Positions 57,458 through 64,000 of a stretch of DNA of 64,000 nucleotides are shown piece after piece. The stretch comes from Calditrichia bacterium. Lineage in GTDB: Bacteria; Calditrichota; Calditrichia; JAJRVZ01. Position 1 is the stretch's first letter, and every line of letters starts with the position of its first letter. A program made the position numbers and the translations under genes. The notes below the pieces were generated by a model. It made no database searches. It was not told the DNA's origin and was given only the letters and a program-made list of their open reading frames with translations. Location: positions 192,001 to 256,000 of the forward strand of contig CAVZSQ010000013.1 of assembly GCA_963777955.1 (NCBI GenBank), read 5' to 3'.

Positions 57458-59221
57458 TTAAGGTTCTGAAAAAGTATAAATAGTCATCCCCCAGCTGGTT
57501 TTATCACGTGGCGGATCAGAATTCCAATCTCCGTAGGCATGGCTATCATCGGTGCGATAGTGAGCAACATACGTACCGGCATCCAGCAAAATCGTTCCAT
57601 CAAACAGGCGGTTCTTCTCTGCACCACCGGCCCGGCGGGTGTCTTTAAATTTCATTTCCCAGATCGTATCACCGCTTTTAAAATCCTCGATCCAGCCATA
57701 ATCGTACATTTCATCCCAGTCCCCTTCTCCCAAAGCATAGATCCGGACATGGGTGGATTTCTTCAGGGTAAATTGTTTCTTGACATTTTCCGAGTCGCCG
57801 ATGCGCACCATCTGTACTATAATATTCCGGTCTGCCTCGGGATTATATTTTTGAATAAAATTTTCATCGTCTGTTTTTCCGACAGTATATATTTTTATTC
57901 CCCAGTCTTCCGGATTACGCGGGCTGTCGCTGTTCCAATCACGATAGGAATGGGAGTCATCGGTTTGAAAACAGACTTCATAAGATCCGGCATCAAAAGG
58001 AATGACCCGGTCATACAATCTGTTCTTTTCGGCTCCACCTGCTTTTTCGGTATCATTATAATCCATAATCCAGACATTACGGCCGGTTTTGACATTTTCA
58101 ATCCAGCCGTAGTCGGACATCTTTCTCGAACTTCCTTCACCGACAGCATAAATGCGCAGTTTCATCGGCCGCAGCAGGGTAAATCCTTCATTCACCTCTT
58201 CATAGTCTCCCAACCGATCTAATTTTACTACCAGGACTCCTTCTTTCCGCTCATAATTGGCAATGGCATTTTTATCGAAATCCTCATTACTGCCTGAGAT
58301 GGTAATTCCCCAGAAATTGGGATCATAAGGAGGATTGGAATTCCAGTCCTCATAACTATGATTGTCATCGCTTATAAAATGAACCATATAATCGCCGGCG
58401 TCAAGTTGTATCTCTTGTCTGCTTACCCTGTTTTTAATCGCACCTCCGGCATGTTCGGTCTCAGATTCCTCCATCTCCCAAATTTTATTATTCTTATTTT
58501 CATCCTGAATGTAGGCATAATCGTACATCTGACCCTTATAACCCTCGCCAATCGCATATATTTTCAAACGAACCGGACGCAAAACAGAAAAACCCGCCTT
58601 TACATCTTCAGCATTGCCGACCCTGGTCAGACTCAGGATGGCAGAATTTTTAACCGCATTCTGATATTTCAGCACCGCTGATTCTTCAAATATATCATCA
58701 ACCCCTTCAACCTGCACCTTCCATTTATCCATCAGGTCATCCCACCAGGAATCACCATGGAAAATTTTATGCTTAATTTTATCCCAGCCGAGCAGTCCGC
58801 CTTCGTATGAATAATAGGAAGGTTTAATACTGGCGAAGTAAAGTTCATATTCACCCTTGTCCAGTGGAACCTCTCCGTTGAACTTACGGATATATTTATC
58901 CCACCAGTCGCTCCTGGTATTTTCGATGGTCATGCGCCAGGCTAATTCACGGGTGCGGGCATTGATGATCCAGGCATAGGCGAACATATTCTGGGGATCT
59001 ACCTGAAAATTAGGTGTGCGCTTGATTTCCTTGTCTCCGCCTGCCCCAACTGCTGCAATTTTAACAGTTCTGGCCGTGTTCAGGGTAAATCCGTACATTT
59101 TGATACCCTGTTCGCGGATATCGGAAATAGTAATCGTGTTATCCTGTCCATACATAATAGCAGGCAAGACTAACAGACAATTACATAAGACTATAATACC
59201 CGTGGTTATTTGCTTTTTCAT
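57458..59221 (-). CDS. Exported protein with four tandem ~115-aa repeats
   Basis: Signal peptide from ATG 59221; repeats IYAxGEG...DY(G/A)(W/Y)I...W.M...AGGA.KNR...DAG.Y...DD.H.Y.DWN..P....WG..I. Confidence 0.88.
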   Translation of the reverse strand: MKKQITTGIIVLCNCLLVLPAIMYGQDNTITISDIREQGIKMYGFTLNTARTVKIAAVGAGGDKEIKRTPNFQVDPQNMFAYAWIINARTRELAWRMTIENTRSDWWDKYIRKFNGEVPLDKGEYELYFASIKPSYYSYEGGLLGWDKIKHKIFHGDSWWDDLMDKWKVQVEGVDDIFEESAVLKYQNAVKNSAILSLTRVGNAEDVKAGFSVLRPVRLKIYAIGEGYKGQMYDYAYIQDENKNNKIWEMEESETEHAGGAIKNRVSRQEIQLDAGDYMVHFISDDNHSYEDWNSNPPYDPNFWGITISGSNEDFDKNAIANYERKEGVLVVKLDRLGDYEEVNEGFTLLRPMKLRIYAVGEGSSRKMSDYGWIENVKTGRNVWIMDYNDTEKAGGAEKNRLYDRVIPFDAGSYEVCFQTDDSHSYRDWNSDSPRNPEDWGIKIYTVGKTDDENFIQKYNPEADRNIIVQMVRIGDSENVKKQFTLKKSTHVRIYALGEGDWDEMYDYGWIEDFKSGDTIWEMKFKDTRRAGGAEKNRLFDGTILLDAGTYVAHYRTDDSHAYGDWNSDPPRDKTSWGMTIYTFSEP

Positions 59222-59338
59222 AATCCCCCTTCGTCGACCCTGCACGGTTTTACTGCACGCATGAAAAGATCCTCATTTTTCAGGTTATTATTCATTGGCC
59301 GGAAGCTCCATATTTCCATGCATATTTCGCCTTTATTA

Positions 59339-59366
59339 AATACGATGCTGTATTAAAAATGTTACA
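59339..59366 (-). promoter_or_regulatory. Putative ECF sigma factor promoter
   Basis: Minus strand TGTAAC-16 nt-CGTATT, matching the AAC/CGT ECF consensus. Confidence 0.6.
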
Positions 59367-59577
59367 AAATTTTCAGAAATTTTCAGCAGGATAATGCCGG
59401 ATCAGCAAGAATAGTTTTATTTTAACTACGTGTTTATATTTATTTCGTTTCATTTTTACTCAATTTATAATATCATAGCAAGAGTATTTTATTTACATTT
59501 ATTCTTTATAGCACCTAAAACATTTTTTCAGCAAATATTAAGTTTTGCTGTAATTACCATTTCCCGGGAGAATAAAA

Positions 59578-61080
59578 ATGTCAGGTCAAATACGCTTTGA
59601 CAACACGGATAAAGATTTTATTAACTGGCTGGGTACTGTTTCAGCCTTCGCTGAATTAGATAAAAAGGAATTAGCGGCGGTAAGCCGGATCCTGAAAAAA
59701 TATGAATATGAACCGAACGAAATCGTCATCAGGGAAGGTGAAACCGGATCATCCGCCTTTATCGTAGCCGCAGGCCATTTCAGTCTGGAGATCAGGGAAC
59801 GGGTGATCAAGACATTCTCAGCGGGTGATTTTTTTGGAGAAATTGCCCTGATCGATGCGCGCCCCAGGATGGGTACCGTGCGGGCACTGACAGCGGGCAG
59901 TATCCTGGTTATGGACAAGAAGGATCTGGAAAATGAAGAACTGCTGGCGGCCAGGATATCTCTGAAACTATACCAGGCCTTTGCCCGGATGGTGACTTCT
60001 TATATGCGCGAAAGCAGCGACCTGTACAATGAAATGGATGTATTGCTTATCCAGGATGGCGGTTGTGCACCCGGTTATAATCCAATTACCGCTTTTCTTA
60101 CCGAGCACCTGGAAAAAGCAGGACGCAAGATCTATATTTCCGCCGAAGGTTTTAAATCTATCGTATCCAACCGCACTCAGGACTATCGCCGCCTGATCCA
60201 CAATCCGGATCTGTACCGCGAGCTGGAGCAGATTCCGGGGGTGATCTTTGCCCCGCCTCTGCGTGAAGCCCGCGGAGCTGATTTCCGGACAGAAAGGTAT
60301 CCCGAATTCAAGGAAGAACAAAACCAGCAAATCGCAGCCAGGAATATTATCGCCCGCCATATAAAAGTCGTTGTCGGAATCGGGGGTAATGGCACTTTTG
60401 CCGGGATCAGGGCCCTGAGTAAAATCCTTCCTGATTCGGTTCAAGTTTTCTTTATCCCGGTTACCATCGACAGCGATATTTTTGGTACGGATTGCATCGG
60501 CGAATATACCGGCGTGGAAGTCGGAGCCGAAAAGATCCGCAGTTACATGGCCGATGCCCGGACCCATAAACGTTATTATTTTATCGAAATGATGGGCGCA
60601 CGCGGTGGTTATCATGCCCTGCATTCCTGCCTGGGTGCCGGGGCACACCTGGCCGTACTCCCCTCTTCCCATCATGATCCGGCAAAAATAATACCCGCCT
60701 TGTTGCGGCGTGATTCAGTGGTGATCGTAATCGCTGAGGGATACAAGCAAAAAGAACGACAGTCTCAGAACTATACAGGTAATGCCGCAGAATTCTTCCG
60801 GGATGAACTGCTGGCGGCTGGTTTTAAACCTTTACGTCGTATTGTATGTGAAGGATATTCCCGTGATATTCGCGGTGCGGCGCCTAACAATCTGGATATC
60901 ATGCTGGCCCAGCGCATGGCGCGCAAATTAACATCGATGGTGCAAACCGGTCAAAGTAAAAAAATGCCGGCTGTTTTATCCGGGCATGAATCGAGTATCG
61001 ATTTTGATGATATCCGCACCGATAATTCGGTGGAATCGGGACTGGCCTCGCTGGCCAACCGGTTAACACCTGATTTATAA
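59578..61080 (+). CDS. Cyclic-nucleotide-binding domain fused to divergent 6-phosphofructokinase domain
   Basis: N-term IREGE.G...FFGEIALIDARPRMGTVRA; from aa ~153 QDGGCAPGYN, IGGNGT, PVTIDSD, IEMMG, IAEG. Confidence 0.88.
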   Translation: MSGQIRFDNTDKDFINWLGTVSAFAELDKKELAAVSRILKKYEYEPNEIVIREGETGSSAFIVAAGHFSLEIRERVIKTFSAGDFFGEIALIDARPRMGTVRALTAGSILVMDKKDLENEELLAARISLKLYQAFARMVTSYMRESSDLYNEMDVLLIQDGGCAPGYNPITAFLTEHLEKAGRKIYISAEGFKSIVSNRTQDYRRLIHNPDLYRELEQIPGVIFAPPLREARGADFRTERYPEFKEEQNQQIAARNIIARHIKVVVGIGGNGTFAGIRALSKILPDSVQVFFIPVTIDSDIFGTDCIGEYTGVEVGAEKIRSYMADARTHKRYYFIEMMGARGGYHALHSCLGAGAHLAVLPSSHHDPAKIIPALLRRDSVVIVIAEGYKQKERQSQNYTGNAAEFFRDELLAAGFKPLRRIVCEGYSRDIRGAAPNNLDIMLAQRMARKLTSMVQTGQSKKMPAVLSGHESSIDFDDIRTDNSVESGLASLANRLTPDL

Positions 61081-61099
61081 ATATTCTACTCTCATTCCG

Positions 61100-62167
61100 T
61101 CAGTCTACATTAATGATATAAGCCTTACCGCCAACAGCTTCGATGGCTGCTGCTGCTTTTTGCGGATTTTCCGGTGCATAGGCAAACATACAGCCCCCTC
61201 CACCCGAACCGTTGATCTTGCCACCCAGTGCACCGGCCCGATTTGCTGCGACTAACATGCTTTCAATTTTTGGGGTACTGATTTTTAGATGTTTGTTTAA
61301 GATTTCCTGATGGTATTTAAGCAGCCGGCCGAATTCAGAATGATCAAACTCCCGGGCTTGAAAACATTTCTTTGCTTCCCTGGTAAGATCACGATTTGCA
61401 AAGGCTCCATACAAAACTTCTTTTTGGACCGCAGTTATCAGATTACCGAATCGTTCTACATCCGCAGACGTACAATCAAATAAATTGAAGGTAGATTCGA
61501 CCTGCTTTATTTTCTGCACTGCTTCCGACACACCGAATTTAACCCGGGCCAGGATTTCCTTTGTGTCTTTAGGCTCCAGGGAATCCCCCAGGACAAAACT
61601 ACCCAAGCGGTTCTCCAGCATTTCATAACGAACTTCATCCTTAAAATCAATGTACAAGACACCCCCAATGGCCGTGGCATAATGATCCATCATTCCACCC
61701 GGTTCAGCAAATTCCACTACTTCACCCAGATGACCGAGACGCGCCACGTCGGCCGGGTCTGAAAATTTTATCTTTAATTCCGGAGAATGTTCGATCAGGA
61801 ACCTGGCCCAGGCTATGATCAGTGCTGAAGATGAAGATGTGCCGGAATTGATCGGTATATGCCCCTGTACTTTACAATGATACCCATTGTCCAGTCGCAG
61901 GCCATGGCGCAGAAGAACGTTGATCATACTGCGGAAATAATCCCTTTCCTGCCCATAGGAAATTTCCTGTCCGATTGGCGGCAAAGGAATTATTTCACGG
62001 GAATTAATGTCCGGCAGATCAATGCGTATTCGACGTTCCTTATGCGGCTTTCCGCTGATCGCCAGCCGCAGATTTATAGCTGCCGTGATCACCGGCAATT
62101 TCAAGTAGTCCTGATGCTCCCCGAACAGGCAGATCCGTCCGGGAACAGAAACGCGAACGCCTTTCAT
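61100..62167 (-). CDS. GHMP kinase, galactokinase-like
   Basis: PGRICLFGEHQDY, IPINSGTSSSSA, GGMMD, KINGSGGGGC. Confidence 0.9.
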   Translation of the reverse strand: MKGVRVSVPGRICLFGEHQDYLKLPVITAAINLRLAISGKPHKERRIRIDLPDINSREIIPLPPIGQEISYGQERDYFRSMINVLLRHGLRLDNGYHCKVQGHIPINSGTSSSSALIIAWARFLIEHSPELKIKFSDPADVARLGHLGEVVEFAEPGGMMDHYATAIGGVLYIDFKDEVRYEMLENRLGSFVLGDSLEPKDTKEILARVKFGVSEAVQKIKQVESTFNLFDCTSADVERFGNLITAVQKEVLYGAFANRDLTREAKKCFQAREFDHSEFGRLLKYHQEILNKHLKISTPKIESMLVAANRAGALGGKINGSGGGGCMFAYAPENPQKAAAAIEAVGGKAYIINVD

Positions 62168-62175
62168 TTTCTGTT

Positions 62176-62976
62176 TTAACCTGGGTGAAAGTTTGCAGGG
62201 GATCCAGGAGGATCTCCCGGTTGTTCAGCATTTCTTTTTATCCTCTGCTGCAATTCACGGGTACCTGCAATCAAATCTTCTCTGGTATTGATACCAAAAG
62301 TCAGAAATGGATCATCTACCGGAATTGCTTCCACTCTTTCACCACTACCGGCAAGAATACCGATCACATCGGGTAAATAATATTCATTTTGAGCATTTTT
62401 ATTATTTACCCTGGCCAGCGCGGGAAATAATTTTTTTATATCAAAACAATAATGCGAGGAACTCACCTCTTTTATTCTTCTTTCATCTGCAGTCGCATCT
62501 TTCTCCTCCACGATCCGCAGCACCCGACCGCGGGCATCCCGCACCACTCGGCCATAAGGCGGGGGCGAGTCATAAATGCTGGAAAGAAATACTGCTGCCA
62601 GATCTGACTGCTGCTGGTGCTGGATCAAAGATTGCATGATGCTGCTGGTGATAAACGGACCATCTCCAACCACTACTACCAGACTTCCGGAAAAACCTTT
62701 TAACCATTGTTCGGCAACCATAACGGCATGGGCACTTCCTGACTGCTCCTGCTGTAAAATGTAATCCACCCGTTTACCAAAAATCTTTTCCACCTCCTCA
62801 TGAATATGATTACCGACAACCAAACCGATCCGTTCGATCCACTCGAATTCCAGTGCTGCAACCACATATTCTATCAAGGTTCTGCCCAGAATCTGCAGCA
62901 GAACTTTGCTTTTCTCCGATTTCATCCGTTTACTTTTTCCGGCGGCCAGCACCAGAGCCCGCACTGGTTTAACCAT
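62176..62976 (-). CDS. Sugar-1-phosphate nucleotidyltransferase (GlmU N-terminal domain only)
   Basis: LAAGKSKRMKS..SKVL, Q.EQ.G.AH, YGRVVR...IVEEKDA, NAQNEYYLPD, GINT; ends at 266 aa without a hexapeptide-repeat acetyltransferase domain. Confidence 0.9.
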   Translation of the reverse strand: MVKPVRALVLAAGKSKRMKSEKSKVLLQILGRTLIEYVVAALEFEWIERIGLVVGNHIHEEVEKIFGKRVDYILQQEQSGSAHAVMVAEQWLKGFSGSLVVVVGDGPFITSSIMQSLIQHQQQSDLAAVFLSSIYDSPPPYGRVVRDARGRVLRIVEEKDATADERRIKEVSSSHYCFDIKKLFPALARVNNKNAQNEYYLPDVIGILAGSGERVEAIPVDDPFLTFGINTREDLIAGTRELQQRIKRNAEQPGDPPGSPANFHPG

Positions 62977-62988
62977 GCCTATAATCCA

Positions 62989-64000
62989 TCAATTGCTATT
63001 TACTCTCAGATACCCACCTGCAAAATATACGATCATGCCGGTGACTGCTATTAAAGAAGCATAGGGCCACCCACCGCTTGCGGATATCACCCCTCCGATA
63101 AAAAGAATCACCCCGCTCAGATAAATCAACAGACTTAATTTACCAACCCTGCTTTGAGGCACAATATTATAAATATCCCCGCTGTCTATTTCTTCCTGAC
63201 TGCTATGCTTGGCCTGCCAGACATTTTTTATCTTATCCGCTGCTTCAGGTCTGGTCAACAAACTCACCAGTGGAGTGACTACCAGTGCTGCTCCGGCACT
63301 GATAAAGGTAGTAATATTGAAATCATAATTCAGAACGAATTGCCCGATAATTCCGGCTACTGCTCCAGCCAGGTAGCCGATAATAGCACCGCTTGCCGTA
63401 CTGCGCTTCCAGAGTAATCCATAGAAAATACCGACAATGAATAATGGCATATCCATTATACCAATAATCGTCAGGTAGGCTTCCACAGCCCCTTTTTGCG
63501 GTACCCATAAAGCGAATATAATCATTAATATACCGATGATCAGGGTCATAAACCGGGCAATGAACAATATTTCCTTCTTACTTGCTTTACGCTTGATCAG
63601 ACTTTCGTAAATATCATTTGTAAACAAAGTTGCTACACCGTTCAGATTTCCGGAGATGGTAGAAAGTTGGGACGAGATCAAGCCACACAAAACCAGCCCC
63701 AAAACAACCGGCGGCAATAATCTCGATAACAGCAGCGGAATCGCCTGATCGGCATTCTGCAACCCAGGATACAATACCGCAGCAGCCAATCCAGGTAAAT
63801 TCCATAGCAGGGCGAACGGAGTAGTGATAATGCCGGCCAGAACCAATCCCTTGGCCACGGTACGGGTATTTTCGGCAGCAAAGGCGCGTTGCAGCAAACC
63901 CTGATCGACACTGGCCCATTCAATGCCTAATAAAAAGATCGCCAGTATAAATTTCCAGTTATAGGTCCCCGTCTCACGTACCAGAGTAAAACTCATCGCC
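62989..64000 (-). CDS. Sodium:solute symporter (SSS) family, 5'-truncated by window edge
   Basis: DQGLLQRAFAA, DQAIPLL, SSQLSTISGNLN..ATLFTNDIY, many TM helices; frame open to the edge. Confidence 0.9.
   Translation of the reverse strand, partial: AMSFTLVRETGTYNWKFILAIFLLGIEWASVDQGLLQRAFAAENTRTVAKGLVLAGIITTPFALLWNLPGLAAAVLYPGLQNADQAIPLLLSRLLPPVVLGLVLCGLISSQLSTISGNLNGVATLFTNDIYESLIKRKASKKEILFIARFMTLIIGILMIIFALWVPQKGAVEAYLTIIGIMDMPLFIVGIFYGLLWKRSTASGAIIGYLAGAVAGIIGQFVLNYDFNITTFISAGAALVVTPLVSLLTRPEAADKIKNVWQAKHSSQEEIDSGDIYNIVPQSRVGKLSLLIYLSGVILFIGGVISASGGWPYASLIAVTGMIVYFAGGYLRVNSN

Overview
Bacterial chromosomal window, almost entirely on the minus strand. Gene content and order suggest an FCB-related lineage (Calditrichota-like is an unverified guess). 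Bases ~1.4-33.1 kb are one contiguous translation/transcription supercluster: tRNA-Thr/Gly/Thr, tuf, tRNA-Trp, secE, nusG, rplKAJL, rpoBC, rpsLG, fusA, tuf, S10, spc, alpha and rplQ. It lacks rpmG, adk and tRNA-Tyr at their usual positions. Next come rpsT, tig-clpP-clpX, addB and addA separated by two exported-protein genes, saccharopine dehydrogenase, metH, a PRTase, an alanine/glycine:cation symporter and uvrB. An accessory block fills 55-64 kb. Many genes, including essential ones (rpoA, rpoB, rplP, rpsQ, nusG), carry single-base frameshifts, mostly insertions, that are best explained as long-read consensus errors. The most interesting items are: a cyclic-nucleotide-binding domain fused to a divergent phosphofructokinase; a convergent SSS transporter / GlmU-N-only nucleotidyltransferase / GHMP kinase cluster (candidate sugar-salvage route); an exported protein with four tandem ~115-aa repeats, followed by a DUF4097-like gene behind a canonical ECF-sigma promoter; a choice-of-anchor-H-like lipoprotein between addB and addA; and several small repeat/palindrome families. 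No CRISPR array, rRNA, transposase or prophage was seen.
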